DNA of 57,518 nt from a virus (lineage: Duplodnaviria > Heunggongvirae > Uroviricota > Caudoviricetes). Positions within the stretch are counted from its first letter, which is position 1, and each line of letters starts with the position of its first letter. Made by a program: the position numbers and the translations under genes. Shown here piece after piece: positions 1-10,538 of the stretch. The stretch lies in IMG/VR virus record IMGVR_UViG_2861048470_000006; one strand, given 5' to 3'. The notes under the pieces were generated by a model. That model was given only the letters and a program-made list of their open reading frames with translations, was not told the DNA's origin and did no database searches.

Positions 1-1284
1 TTACAGACTTCTGGAAGGTTGCACAGCTCTTACAACACGCGGTTGATCTTCCGCAGCGTCTTCCAGCGCACTTAAATCACGGTCTTTCACTTCTGGCATT
101 TTCAGCGCAGAGATTAAACCAATCACTGAATATGCCATGATCATAATGGCGATCGGATACCAGGATTCCGTCATGGTGCAGAAAATACCCGCCAGGATAG
201 GACCAAAACCGGAAGCGATAAGACCACCAATTTCTTTAGAAATGGCCATCCGGGTAAAGCGGTTTTTACAGCCGAACATTTCTGCCATGGTAATGTTTTC
301 CAGAGCAAATAATCCCAGCACCGCACAGTTATGAATCACAATCAGTGCAACCATAATGGTGCTCGGGGCATAGCTTTTATCTACAATGATAGAAAGCATT
401 GGCCATGCCAGCACAATCGCGGAGGTATTCATAATAATATACGGGATCCGGCGACCAATTTTATCGGATAACCAACCAAGGAACGGAATGGTCATAAAGC
501 CGAGAATCGAACTAATCATCAATGCATCTGTTGGAATTGCTTTGTTAAACAATAACGTCTGCACTAAATAGCCTGCAAGGAAAGTCTGAATTAACCCGGA
601 GTTACCCGCCTGACCAAAACGCAGCCCTGTTGCCAGCCAGAAGGATTTGCTCTGGAACATGCTACCAGCAGGTGCAGGTTTTGCTGTGGGTTGGTTGCTG
701 TCATTAACCTTCTCAAAGACCGGGCTTTCTTTCAGATTCATACGTAACCAGATAGCAAAGACCATCACGACAACGCTCGCCAGGAACGGTATACGCCATC
801 CCCACGCCAGCAGTTCCTCTTTACTGAGAATGAAGAACATAAAGGCCCAGATTGCCGTTGCGCTCAAGGTTCCGCAGTTAGTTCCCATAGCTACAAATGA
901 GGAGATAATTCCGCGCTTACCTTTTGGTGCATATTCCGCCAGCATCGTACCGGCACCGGAAATTTCCGCACCTGCACCCAACCCCTGAATAATACGCAGC
1001 GTCACCAGCAAGATGGGGGCAAAAACACCAATCTGTGCATAGGTCGGTAACACACCAATTAAGGTGGTACAGATCCCCATCATGGTGATGGTAATAAAGA
1101 GCACTTTTTTACGCCCTATTCTGTCGCCCATTTTGCCGAAAATAAATGCTCCGACAATACGCGCCACATAACCTGCACCGTAGGTTCCCATTGCCAAAAT
1201 TAACGCCATTGCCGTTGATGATTCAGGAAAAAATATTTCATGAAACACTAACGCTGCGCCGAGCGAATATAACTGGAAATCCAT
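1..1284 (-). CDS. ydfJ: MFS transporter of the metabolite:H+ symporter (MHS) family, YdfJ-like; reading frame starts inside the first TM helix, consistent with N-terminal truncation at the prophage junction
   Basis: 427-aa ORF in track; MHS-type loop motif GDRIGRKK; N-terminus MDFQLYSLGAAL aligns with the WFDFY segment that normally follows a ~25-aa N-tail in KgtP/ProP/ShiA; symbol rests on recollection that K-12 ydfJ abuts Qin. Confidence 0.65.
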   Translation of the reverse strand: MDFQLYSLGAALVFHEIFFPESSTAMALILAMGTYGAGYVARIVGAFIFGKMGDRIGRKKVLFITITMMGICTTLIGVLPTYAQIGVFAPILLVTLRIIQGLGAGAEISGAGTMLAEYAPKGKRGIISSFVAMGTNCGTLSATAIWAFMFFILSKEELLAWGWRIPFLASVVVMVFAIWLRMNLKESPVFEKVNDSNQPTAKPAPAGSMFQSKSFWLATGLRFGQAGNSGLIQTFLAGYLVQTLLFNKAIPTDALMISSILGFMTIPFLGWLSDKIGRRIPYIIMNTSAIVLAWPMLSIIVDKSYAPSTIMVALIVIHNCAVLGLFALENITMAEMFGCKNRFTRMAISKEIGGLIASGFGPILAGIFCTMTESWYPIAIMIMAYSVIGLISALKMPEVKDRDLSALEDAAEDQPRVVRAVQPSRSL

Positions 1285-1503
1285 AATTCATAGATATTTT
1301 TTACCATCCTATGGATTTTTGGGCGTTTTCTAAGTTTTTTCAGATGGTTGTATTTTTTCTAAAAACTCCTGATCTCGATTTTGCTGTTTGTCTGAGACCT
1401 TTTTATGTCCCATATATGCCCCAAGGTGCCCCATGTAAATCCAATTCAACTCAAAGCATCCCTGTTCAATATTTTTACAAGGGGCTTGCATATCAGTGTT
1501 TTT

Positions 1504-2070
1504 TTATTGCGTAACGTCAAACGCTCGGATTGAGCGTAAATCATCAAGATTATTCAGCTCTTCCTTCATCTCCCGCTGACGACGATAAATCTCGTCATTG
1601 CGATCGGCCTGTGCCCGTGCCATTACTGCCGCAAGTTCTTCCAGTTCCTGCATCGTCAGGAGGATTGGCGTATTCTCTCCATCTCCCCAAACAATTGTTT
1701 CTCTGCCAGCTCCTGATTTCGCCGCCATTACCACTGGTAAGAGGCGGGACAGCGAAACCGGACCAGCATTCCATTTGTGACCTTTCCATTCCAGCATGAA
1801 CGACATGGACTCCTGTTCCTGACGCCATACTTCGATCTCACACACTTTAGCCTCTTTTTCTGCGGCAATAAGTTCAGGCGTAACGGTAAACCGGGCTATT
1901 CCGCCCCACTTCCCGCTTTGCAGTTCCTGCCAGACCTGTTTACCCATTTCCGCAACATCATTCTCAACAGCGGTATAAGGTAGATGTACCTCCTGCCCCT
2001 CCAAAAGCACTTCACAATATACAGCACCATCCTCCAGAAACATGGCATTTCTTATATTTTTTATCTGCAT
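1504..2070 (-). CDS. tfa: tail fibre assembly protein (Tfa)
   Basis: 188-aa ORF directly downstream of stf; sequence typical of lambdoid Tfa chaperones. Confidence 0.85.
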   Translation of the reverse strand: MQIKNIRNAMFLEDGAVYCEVLLEGQEVHLPYTAVENDVAEMGKQVWQELQSGKWGGIARFTVTPELIAAEKEAKVCEIEVWRQEQESMSFMLEWKGHKWNAGPVSLSRLLPVVMAAKSGAGRETIVWGDGENTPILLTMQELEELAAVMARAQADRNDEIYRRQREMKEELNNLDDLRSIRAFDVTQ

Positions 2071-2076
2071 ACTCTG

Positions 2077-4041
2077 TCACCCGACCCGCACAAATAATCC
2101 TATATACGCTTCCTTTCCGTTGGTGGTATAAAGACCATCTCCCCCCAGAGACTGATACACTCCGGGAAATGCCGATGTATTCGTTCTGCCAATGACAAAC
2201 GTTGCCTCCCCTTTCATTGTGCCTGCTCCTGTCACGCCTCCCACTACTATTTCCACCGGCGCAAGTGCTTTTCCCGGGCATGGTTGTCCACGACTCAGGC
2301 GCATTAAAACTCCACCTTCCGCTACTCCCAAAAAAGCTGCCATAACCACACTGCCGATATCCGGTTTCGGCGAACTGATACTTCTTAAAAATTCATCCTT
2401 TGATAATTTGCTCTGAGCCTCATCCATTACCACTTTGACCGCTTTTGGGGTTGCCGCCAGTGACTCGGAAGTGCTGTTTGTCGCACTACTGAGTTGTACT
2501 ATCCCTTTCTGTGCTGTCGTTGCATTCTGTGCGGTGTATTTCCCGTTAGCCAGGTCATACGCGGCCTTAACTGCTTTTGGCGTTGCCGCCAGTGACTCGG
2601 AAGTACTGTTTGTCGCACTGCTGAGTTGTACTATCCCCTTTTTCGTCGTGCTCGCATCCTCAAGCGCCACGGCGTATGCAATATCCTCTGCCCGTTTTGC
2701 TGCTGTCTCGGCGCGCGTTGCTGCGGATTCTGCCGTACTCTTGCTCTGTGCTGCCGCCGTCGCACTACCAGCTGCCTCGGTCGCTTTCGTGGATGCCGTC
2801 GTGGCACTTCCCTTCGCTGCTGACGCCTGTTTAGTCGCCTCATCTTTTGAAGCAGACGCAGATGATGCCGATGACGCCGCCGAACTGGCGGACGATGCGG
2901 CAGCCGTTTTTGAGGATTCTGCGCTGGTTTCCGACGCTTTCGCGTTCGTTTCGGATGTCTTCGCTGCGGAAGCAGACCTCGCTGCTGCGCTGGCCTGTTC
3001 AGCGGCTTCGCCAGCCTTCGTTGTGGCTGTTGAAGCAGACGATGCGGCACTTTCTGCCGATTTTCCGGCGGCGGTGGCACTGGCTGAGGCCTGCCCGGCA
3101 CTTGTTGACGCGGCACTGGCAGACGACGCAGCCGCTGTTTTTGAGCCTGCCGCAGCTGAGGCGCTCTGTCCCGCTGCCGTCTCAGAAGACTTAGCGTTCG
3201 TCTCGGACGTTTTTGCCGCCTTCGCGGAATTTCCTGCCGCCGTTGCCGAGGAAGCGGCACTACTGGCGCTCGAGGATGCGTTCGTTTCTGATGATTTCGC
3301 TGCCTCTTTTGAGGCCGCCGCATCCCGGGCTGAGGTGGCAGCTTCTGAGGCTTTCGTAGTCGCGGTGGATGCAGAAGTGGCTGCTGATTGTTGTGACGCT
3401 GCGGCATTCGTTTCTGACGTTTTCGCCGCACCGGCACTGGTGGCCGCCGCGCTTTTTGAGGACTCTGCAGCGGCAGCACTTTTTGATGCCTCAGAGGCTT
3501 TTGCTGATGCCGTTCCCGCGCTGGAAAAAGCCTCCTGAGCCGACGTCGCGGCCTGTCCGGCTGACGTGCTGGCGGCACGAGCTGAGCCTGCAGCATCAGT
3601 CGCATGGGTTGCCGCCTCACGGGCTGATGTGCTGGCATCGCTGGCTGACTTCTTCGCGGCTGCCGTGTTCTGTGCCACCGCGGACGCGTTACGCGCCACC
3701 TCTTCCACCATCAGTTCAAAACGGCGCAGTGCCTCAGGACGGGCATCATCCTCCGTCATGGCACCGAGAAAATCATTCAGCGTACCGGGTCGGGAATCTT
3801 CATACACGGTGATGGTCCCGGCATGTGACGGCGGGAATCCCTCCACCAACAGAATAACGCTGTACTGCCCGTACTCAACGTCCATGCTGTAACGCCCGGC
3901 TTCATCCGGATTTTCTGAGGCCAGCGTGTTCACCACCACCGTGGTGCTGTTACGTTTTGCTTTCAGCTGGATTGTGCAGTTCTGTACCGGTTTTCCTGTG
4001 CCGTCTTTCAGTACACCTGAAATCTTTACTGCCATATTCAC
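2077..4041 (-). CDS. stf: side tail fibre protein (Stf); lambda-like N-terminus (MAVKISGVLKDG...), long Ala/Ser/Thr-rich low-complexity shaft; true start probably the ATG 2 codons in (4035)
   Basis: 654-aa ORF; N-terminal match to lambda Stf as recalled; position between lom and tfa. Confidence 0.85.
   Translation of the reverse strand: MNMAVKISGVLKDGTGKPVQNCTIQLKAKRNSTTVVVNTLASENPDEAGRYSMDVEYGQYSVILLVEGFPPSHAGTITVYEDSRPGTLNDFLGAMTEDDARPEALRRFELMVEEVARNASAVAQNTAAAKKSASDASTSAREAATHATDAAGSARAASTSAGQAATSAQEAFSSAGTASAKASEASKSAAAAESSKSAAATSAGAAKTSETNAAASQQSAATSASTATTKASEAATSARDAAASKEAAKSSETNASSSASSAASSATAAGNSAKAAKTSETNAKSSETAAGQSASAAAGSKTAAASSASAASTSAGQASASATAAGKSAESAASSASTATTKAGEAAEQASAAARSASAAKTSETNAKASETSAESSKTAAASSASSAASSASSASASKDEATKQASAAKGSATTASTKATEAAGSATAAAQSKSTAESAATRAETAAKRAEDIAYAVALEDASTTKKGIVQLSSATNSTSESLAATPKAVKAAYDLANGKYTAQNATTAQKGIVQLSSATNSTSESLAATPKAVKVVMDEAQSKLSKDEFLRSISSPKPDIGSVVMAAFLGVAEGGVLMRLSRGQPCPGKALAPVEIVVGGVTGAGTMKGEATFVIGRTNTSAFPGVYQSLGGDGLYTTNGKEAYIGLFVRVG
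2441..2640 (-). repeat. two ~70-bp near-identical direct repeats inside stf, encoding the duplicated peptide KGIVQLSSATNSTSESLAATPKAVK
   Basis: gcttttgg(g/c)gttgccgccagtgactcggaagt(g/a)ctgtttgtcgcact(a/g)ctgagttgtactatccc occurs twice about 120 bp apart; coordinates approximate. Confidence 0.6.
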
Positions 4042-4099
4042 CCCACAAAAAAGCCCTCCTGAACCGGCGGGCTGTCATAACACTGTGTTACCTGGCTAA

Positions 4100-4699
4100 T
4101 CAGAATTTATAACCGACACCCACAATGAAACCGTCAGTGCGCCAGTCACCACTGCCGGAGCCTTCATAAGCAATATCAATGGCCACGGATTCGGTCGGGT
4201 TAAACTGCACGCCAGCCCCCCACGCCAGAGACGTGTTGCTGTGGCGACCGTCATCACTTCCGGTCAGCACATCATGCGTTTTCCCCGTATTGTCGGTCAC
4301 CTGCAGATAATCCCCGGAGAAAGTCGACACACGGCTGTAAGCCACACCCGCCATCGCATACGCGCTGAACCATTCATTCACGCGCACAGACGGTCCCGCC
4401 ATCACGCTGAACCAGCGGTTACGCACGGAATCCTCATGCCAGCGGGTATCGCTGTAATGCGTTTTTTGCTCATCTTCAGCGTTGGCATAACTGAATGACG
4501 TAATCAGCCCCAGCGTGTCCGTAAACTCATAACGGTATTTCACGTTAATCCCGTTCAGATTATCGCTGCCGGGAGCGTTCGTACGGGCATGAAGATACCC
4601 TGCGCTCAGTGTGGCCTGCTGCTCAGACGCCCATGCAGGCGCACCGGATACGGCCAGACAGATGGCTGCGGACAAAATGGCTGCATAAACTTTACGCAT
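4100..4699 (-). CDS. lom: Lom/Ail-family outer membrane protein
   Basis: 199-aa ORF with signal peptide and beta-barrel C-terminus ending ...VGYKF; lambda gene order J-lom-stf. Confidence 0.9.
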   Translation of the reverse strand: MRKVYAAILSAAICLAVSGAPAWASEQQATLSAGYLHARTNAPGSDNLNGINVKYRYEFTDTLGLITSFSYANAEDEQKTHYSDTRWHEDSVRNRWFSVMAGPSVRVNEWFSAYAMAGVAYSRVSTFSGDYLQVTDNTGKTHDVLTGSDDGRHSNTSLAWGAGVQFNPTESVAIDIAYEGSGSGDWRTDGFIVGVGYKF

Positions 4700-4766
4700 A
4701 ATTACCTCTCGCTTTTCTGCAATAAAAAAGGCGCCATTTCTGGCGCCCGTATTGGGGTTATAAAAT

Positions 4767-7700
4767 TCAGCTGATACTGATGCCTGCGGTGGCTTTCTTC
4801 ATCACCACAACCAGCAAATCGCTGATACTTGCTGTGGGATACCAGTCATTTACCAACCATGCTGACACCGAAAACTCCAGTGTCATGTGACCGTGACCGG
4901 CAGGCATATCAATAACACCACTGTAAATCAGCGTATTATCCAGCGCGGTACGGTTATAAATTTCAGCACCGTTTTTCCGTACTATCAGACGGCATGAGGA
5001 GTAAATATCAGTATGCTCTTTCTCATGTTTAGCGCCGCTGAATGCCACCGCCGGAATAACAATCTGCCGGTCAAACGGCTGATCGTCATAAACCCTGACG
5101 GTAATGGTTCCTGATGGCCACCGCTCCGGTGCACGGGAGTCCCGGGGGAAAGCTTTGCCCACTGTTTTAACGAGATCGCCTTCAATCTGGTTCGCGGACA
5201 GTTTTCCCAGAACCCGACAGTTCTCGTTAATCGTGACGTTGTTGAGCGTCCCGGAGTTCGCATTCACGTTACCGCTGATATCGGCATTTTTCGCCGTCAG
5301 CCGCCCGTCCGGTGTCAGGGAAAATGCCGGAGGATTACCGCCGCTGGTAATGGTCGGAGCCGTCAGGCGTTTCAGGAACACGTCGTTCATGAATATCTGA
5401 TCGCCCTGACCAACAAACATTGGTCTTGTGTTGCCATTAGACGGATCAATAAACGCGATACGGTTAGCGGCAACCAGGAACTGGCTCAGCTTGCCTTCTT
5501 CCGTGTCCTCCATGCTGAGGCCAATACCCGCGACATAATGTTTGCCGTCTTTGGTCTGCTCAATTTTGACAGCCCACATGGCATTCCACTTATCGTTGGC
5601 GTCCTTCCACTCTTTCGAAAACTCCTCCAGTCTGCTGGCGTTATCCTCCGTCAGCTCGACTTTTTCCAGCAGCTCCTTGCCGAGATGGGATTCGGTTATC
5701 TTGCCTTTGAAAAAATCCAGGTAACCTTCCGCATCATCGCTCGCCCGACCGACGGCCTCCACGAATGCCGATTTGCCAACGGTGTTCACACTGCGGATAT
5801 AAAAGTAATAATCATGGCCCGGTTTGATATTGATACTGGCGGCTATCCAGTACAGCCCCGTGCCAAGGTAGCGGGCTGTGGTTTCAACCTGCCTGATATC
5901 GGTAATCCGCGTTTCCGAGAACCAGAACTCAAACTGCACCGTCGGGTCATATACAGCCAGTTTCGGGACCGCCGTTATCTGAAAATAGCCCGGTGTCAGC
6001 TCAATCCGCGACGGCGCTGCCGGTGCGGCAATCCGGAACGATACCGACGCCGGATCGCCCTGCTGCCCCCACGCATTTACTGCCCGGACTGTCAGCCTGT
6101 AGTTCCCCAGCGCCAGTTGTGTGAAGCGGTAAGTGGTTTCCGTCGTCCGGGCCGTGCTGACCAGCCGCTCACTGCCGTCATCCGCTGCCACGGTCAGGCG
6201 AAGCATAAAGCTCACCCCCTTCACCACCTTCGGCGTGTCCCAGCGCGCCAGCACCTGATATTCCCCGCTGTCTGCGGTGACTTCGGCAGTCAGGTGCTGC
6301 ACCGCGGGCGGCGTGACACCATTCACCGTGCCGCTCTGGTCGCCGTCAAAGTGCGCCCCGTTATCCACGATGGCTTCTTTTTCCGGTACATGCTGCACGG
6401 CGGTGATGGCATACGTGCCGTCGTCGTTCTCACGGATACTCACGCAGCGGAACAGGCGCTGGCGCAGCGTCGGCAGCTTCAGCCCCCACACGCTGTATTC
6501 AGCAACGCCGTCAGGAACACGGCTCACTTTCACCTTCACGCCGTCGGTGACGGACTGAACCTCCACGCTGACCGGATTACCACTTCCGTCAACCAGGCTT
6601 ATCAGCGTGGTACCGGAGGATGGCAGCGTGATTTCACGGTCGAGCGTCAGCGTCCGGGTCTGGCTGTTCACCGCCAGCACGCGACCACCGGTGCTGATAC
6701 CGGCATAGTCATCATCGCAGATTTCAATGACATCGCCCGGTACATGGCGAAGCCCTTCAGCACCCACGCTGAAATCCACGGTCTGCGTCTCCAGCAGTTC
6801 CGTTTTAATCAGCCACAGCCCGGCGCGGTGTGCCTGCCCCCGGCTGGTACAGCCAAAGGCATCCATCTTCGTGACGTTACGACCGTAACGGGCAATGGCC
6901 TGCGTATCTTCAACAAGCTCTGTCGCCGTCTCCCAGCCGTTATCCGGGTCAATCCAGTTCACCTCAACGGCATTATGGCGGTCTTTCAGGGCGCTGAAAC
7001 TGTAGCGGAACGGCGCGCCATCATCCGGCATCACCACATTACTGCGGTTATAGGCCCACACCTTATCCGACGGTCGGTCCTGCACGAACGTCAGCGTCTG
7101 CCCGTTCCATACCGGCATACAGCGCATCGCCGAGCAGAAATCACTGAGCACATCCCACGCTTTGCGCTGTGTGGTCAGGTACGCATTACAGGTGATGCGC
7201 GGCTCCGTGCCGCCAAAGCCGTCCGGCACTGACTGGTCGCAGTACTGGCCGATGACATACAGCGCCCATTTGTCCACATCCGCCGCACCAAGACGTTTCC
7301 CCATGCCGTAGCGTGGATGGGTCAGCATATCCCACAGACACCAGGCCATGTTATTGCTGTATGCTGGCTTAAACGTTCCGTCCCAGATACCGCTGTATTG
7401 CCGAGTCTGCGGGTTATAGTTCGACGGCACCTGCAGAATACGCCCGCGCAGATGATAATTACGGCTCACCTGCTGGCTGCCGAACTGCTCCGAATCCACC
7501 TGTACGCCGACCAGTGCCGTGTTCGGGTAGCACTGTTTCACATCGATGATTTCGGTGTATGACGACCAGAGCGTTTTGTTCTGCAGCTGGTCTGTGGTGC
7601 TGTCCGGCGTCATTCTGCGCATCCGGATATTAAACGGGCGCGGCGGCAGGTTATCCACCACCACCGAGGCCAGATACTGCGAGGTGGTTTTGCCCTTAAT

Positions 7701-8162
7701 GGTGATGTCTTTTTCCGTCACCCAGCCACCATTACGCTGTATCTGAACCAGCAGGCGAACTTCCGACGGATTCCGGTCCCCCTTTGAGGTGGTTTCCACC
7801 AGTGCCTGCACACCGAAGGTAAAGCGCAGACGGTCGATGTTTGCCGACGTGATGGTCCGGGTAATCGGCGTGTCGTATTTCACTTCCGTACCCAGTACCG
7901 TCTCGGAACCTGATGATTCAAATCCCTCCGGCGGTGTCTGTTCCTGCTCACCTGCCCGGAACACCACCGTGACACCAGAGATGTTAGTATTCCCCTCACT
8001 GTCCAGCACCGGTGTACTGTTCAGCAGCACGCTTTTTAATCCATCCACCGGACCTTCAACCGGCCCTTCGCTGATGGCATCGATCACACTCAGCAACTGC
8101 GTGGACTTCAGGTTGTCCTTTGCTTCGCGCGGGGTATGCCCCTTACTGCTGCCTTTACCCAT
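4767..8162 (-). CDS. J: tail tip / host specificity protein J
   Basis: 1131-aa ORF, N-terminus [22 protein letters not shown] as in lambda gpJ. Confidence 0.95.
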   Translation of the reverse strand: MGKGSSKGHTPREAKDNLKSTQLLSVIDAISEGPVEGPVDGLKSVLLNSTPVLDSEGNTNISGVTVVFRAGEQEQTPPEGFESSGSETVLGTEVKYDTPITRTITSANIDRLRFTFGVQALVETTSKGDRNPSEVRLLVQIQRNGGWVTEKDITIKGKTTSQYLASVVVDNLPPRPFNIRMRRMTPDSTTDQLQNKTLWSSYTEIIDVKQCYPNTALVGVQVDSEQFGSQQVSRNYHLRGRILQVPSNYNPQTRQYSGIWDGTFKPAYSNNMAWCLWDMLTHPRYGMGKRLGAADVDKWALYVIGQYCDQSVPDGFGGTEPRITCNAYLTTQRKAWDVLSDFCSAMRCMPVWNGQTLTFVQDRPSDKVWAYNRSNVVMPDDGAPFRYSFSALKDRHNAVEVNWIDPDNGWETATELVEDTQAIARYGRNVTKMDAFGCTSRGQAHRAGLWLIKTELLETQTVDFSVGAEGLRHVPGDVIEICDDDYAGISTGGRVLAVNSQTRTLTLDREITLPSSGTTLISLVDGSGNPVSVEVQSVTDGVKVKVSRVPDGVAEYSVWGLKLPTLRQRLFRCVSIRENDDGTYAITAVQHVPEKEAIVDNGAHFDGDQSGTVNGVTPPAVQHLTAEVTADSGEYQVLARWDTPKVVKGVSFMLRLTVAADDGSERLVSTARTTETTYRFTQLALGNYRLTVRAVNAWGQQGDPASVSFRIAAPAAPSRIELTPGYFQITAVPKLAVYDPTVQFEFWFSETRITDIRQVETTARYLGTGLYWIAASINIKPGHDYYFYIRSVNTVGKSAFVEAVGRASDDAEGYLDFFKGKITESHLGKELLEKVELTEDNASRLEEFSKEWKDANDKWNAMWAVKIEQTKDGKHYVAGIGLSMEDTEEGKLSQFLVAANRIAFIDPSNGNTRPMFVGQGDQIFMNDVFLKRLTAPTITSGGNPPAFSLTPDGRLTAKNADISGNVNANSGTLNNVTINENCRVLGKLSANQIEGDLVKTVGKAFPRDSRAPERWPSGTITVRVYDDQPFDRQIVIPAVAFSGAKHEKEHTDIYSSCRLIVRKNGAEIYNRTALDNTLIYSGVIDMPAGHGHMTLEFSVSAWLVNDWYPTASISDLLVVVMKKATAGISIS

Positions 8163-8222
8163 TCCTCACGCTCCATAAACGACAAAACCGCCCGGAGGCG
8201 GTTTCACATAAAACATTTTGCA

Positions 8223-8864
8223 TCAGCGACCAATCACCACAACCTGACCACCATCCCCTTCGTCTGCCGTGCTGATCTCCTGAGAAACCACACGTGACCC
8301 CACGCGCATTTCACCGTACAGAACAGGCAGAACATTGCCCTGGGCAACCATGTTATCCAGTGAGGAGAAATAGGTGTTCTGTTTGCCGTTATCCGTTGTC
8401 TGTGTACGGGGAGTTCTGGCTTTCGGTGCCAGCATCTGCGCCACACCACCGAGCACCATACTGGCACCGAGAGAAAACAGCAGATTACTCGCCATAATTC
8501 CTACCCCCGGCATCCATATAGCAACCGCCATAACAGCCGCCCCCAGCACAGCCTGAAACACACCGCCACTTTTGGCTCCTGCCAGACGCGGCACGATATG
8601 GATCACGGCACCATTTTCCAGCGGCTCATTAAGACGGGCAGACAATTCGGTTTCACCTGCATCACGCCCGGCAATGCGTACCTGATACCAGCCGTCGCTC
8701 AGCTTCTGACGAAACGCCGGGATCTGCATGGCCAGCGCCCGGATGGCTTCGGCCCCCGTTTTCACACGAAGGTCGATGCGGCGGCCAAATCGTTGCAAAT
8801 CCCCGTAAAGGCAGATGCGTGCCATTCCCGGTGACGCCAGAGGGAGTGTGTGCGTCGCTGCCAT
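8223..8864 (-). CDS. I: tail assembly protein I
   Basis: 213-aa ORF matching lambda gpI as recalled; overlaps 3' end of K. Confidence 0.9.
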   Translation of the reverse strand: MAATHTLPLASPGMARICLYGDLQRFGRRIDLRVKTGAEAIRALAMQIPAFRQKLSDGWYQVRIAGRDAGETELSARLNEPLENGAVIHIVPRLAGAKSGGVFQAVLGAAVMAVAIWMPGVGIMASNLLFSLGASMVLGGVAQMLAPKARTPRTQTTDNGKQNTYFSSLDNMVAQGNVLPVLYGEMRVGSRVVSQEISTADEGDGGQVVVIGR

Positions 8865-9505
8865 TTGTCGGTATACCTCTCTCGTTTACTCAGTTGTTCA
8901 GGAATATGGTGCAGCAGCTCACCGTCGCCGCAGTAAATGGCGGCATGATTCGGCACCGATGAACCAAAGCAGCACAGCAGCACATCGCCAGGCTGCGCCT
9001 CTGTCAGTGGGACACGGTAAAAACCAGTCGCCTCCATATTGTCAAGATAGAGATTCTGACCGTGACGCCACCAGTCATCCCCGCGATAAAAATCCGGCAT
9101 CTCAATCCCCGCCAGATGATAAGCATCCCGGAACAGTGTGTAACAGTCCGTCACACCGTGCTCAAAGCGCCGCCCGGTGAGATGCGGCACACAGCGGAAC
9201 TTATGAATCGTCCCCCGGCAGACCAGCCACCACGGCAAATCACTCTGCACCTGCAGCCGCCGGTCGGCCTCACTCAGCCAGGGCAGACCACCGGGGTGGC
9301 TGTGGACCAGCGCCACAATCTCACCCTGCATTTCTGCCTGCAGCCAGTCTTCCGGCGACATACGGAAATACGCCTCCGGCTCACCGGAGATATTCGCGCA
9401 GGGGAAATATCTTTCCCCCTCCGGCGTGCTTACCACGAAGCCGCACGACTCCGCTGGCGCACATCGCCGGGCGTGCGCCAGAATCGCTGATTCTGTCTGT
9501 GTCAT
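8762..9505 (-). CDS. K: tail assembly protein K (NlpC/P60 plus JAB/MPN domains)
   Basis: 247-aa ORF matching lambda gpK; HSHPGG JAMM-like motif. Confidence 0.9.
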   Translation of the reverse strand: MTQTESAILAHARRCAPAESCGFVVSTPEGERYFPCANISGEPEAYFRMSPEDWLQAEMQGEIVALVHSHPGGLPWLSEADRRLQVQSDLPWWLVCRGTIHKFRCVPHLTGRRFEHGVTDCYTLFRDAYHLAGIEMPDFYRGDDWWRHGQNLYLDNMEATGFYRVPLTEAQPGDVLLCCFGSSVPNHAAIYCGDGELLHHIPEQLSKRERYTDKWQRRTHSLWRHREWHASAFTGICNDLAAASTFV

Positions 9506-9510
9506 GGGAT

Positions 9511-10209
9511 TTACTGCGAAAGTTTGTTAATGGAAAGGAAGCCGCCAAAGTTGCCGACGTTATTGCGGAACTTACAACCGCTCAGGCATTTGCTGCATTT
9601 ATCCTTCGTGATATCGGACGTTGGCTGGTCATATTCATCCGCGACAGCCGGACCGCTATAACCGCACTCGTCACCGCGATAGGTCCAGGTGCAGGTGTTG
9701 GCCAGCATGATACGTCCCGGAAAAACAGCGCCATCCGTTTCCGTCGGCGTGGACAGTACAAAGGAGGCACTCACCGCGCTCAGTTCGCTGCACTGCTCAA
9801 TGCGCCAGCGGCTGATCACCTCCTGCTCCGGATCGGCATAACTGTTTCCGTTGACGAAGTTCACCGCATCCAGAAAACGGGCGTAAACCTTACGCCGGAC
9901 CACCGTTCCGCCGACCAGACTCTGCATATCTTCCGCCATCCCGGTGACCATACCGTACAGGTTAGAAACCGTCAGCGTGGGGCGCGTACTGGTGCCTTTG
10001 CCATTCAGTTCAAAACCGCTCCCCTGAATGGGATACGGCTGATACTGTCGCCCCTGCCAGGTGACCGGCTCACCTTTTTCGTTCTGCTCATTACAGAAAA
10101 AATAACGTTCTCCACCGACCTCTGTCAGGTCGATTTCCCAGAGCACCACGCTGGCCGACTGCTCCGCACGGGTGCATTCATTCAGTGTTTCCTGCCGGAT
10201 ATCCTGCAT
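9511..10209 (-). CDS. L: minor tail protein L
   Basis: 232-aa ORF matching lambda gpL; C-terminal Cys cluster. Confidence 0.9.
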   Translation of the reverse strand: MQDIRQETLNECTRAEQSASVVLWEIDLTEVGGERYFFCNEQNEKGEPVTWQGRQYQPYPIQGSGFELNGKGTSTRPTLTVSNLYGMVTGMAEDMQSLVGGTVVRRKVYARFLDAVNFVNGNSYADPEQEVISRWRIEQCSELSAVSASFVLSTPTETDGAVFPGRIMLANTCTWTYRGDECGYSGPAVADEYDQPTSDITKDKCSKCLSGCKFRNNVGNFGGFLSINKLSQ

Positions 10210-10538
10210 CAGTTCACCACCTGTTCAAACTCTGCGCTGAACTCAACACGCAGCATACTGACCCGCGACGACCATTTTGCGCAGGTCACCTTTATCTGCC
10301 GCCACTCATAAGGCGGCGTCCACAGAAAGGATTTCCAGCCCCCGTGCTCTTCCAGAAACGACTCCAGTACCGTGGCCTCCTCACGGGGGACAGAAAGCGT
10401 CACGCTGTACGTTTTCAGGTTGGCATTCAGCCCGGCAGGCGCTCGCTGGGAATAGCCATCACCAAAGCGCACCTTTCTTACAGAAGGGACCGAAGCCACA
10501 TCCATACCGGGTTTCACTTTCCAGCGGAAGGTCTTCAT
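10209..10538 (-). CDS. M: minor tail protein M
   Basis: 109-aa ORF matching lambda gpM; 1-nt overlap with L. Confidence 0.9.
   Translation of the reverse strand: MKTFRWKVKPGMDVASVPSVRKVRFGDGYSQRAPAGLNANLKTYSVTLSVPREEATVLESFLEEHGGWKSFLWTPPYEWRQIKVTCAKWSSRVSMLRVEFSAEFEQVVN

Noticed and set aside
1285-1503. Exact att core at the left prophage junction
   Set aside because: The partner junction lies beyond the end of the window (int stop is at 57518), so no direct repeat can be paired. Only the approximate junction is reported.
2435-3638. Large ORFs on both strands across stf (367 aa on plus, 335 aa and shorter ones in other frames)
   Set aside because: They lie entirely within the Ala/Ser/Thr-rich repetitive stf coding region; the products are low-complexity (poly-Ala/Arg/Pro) and have no start context. 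They are compositional artefacts of the tail fibre gene.
5538-7232. 564-aa plus-strand ORF antisense to J
   Set aside because: Fully nested antisense to a well-supported lambda-like J gene; the product is Arg/His/Pro-rich with no domain features.
9499-10311. 270-aa plus-strand ORF antisense to L/M
   Set aside because: Antisense to conserved tail genes, with no RBS or recognisable motif.
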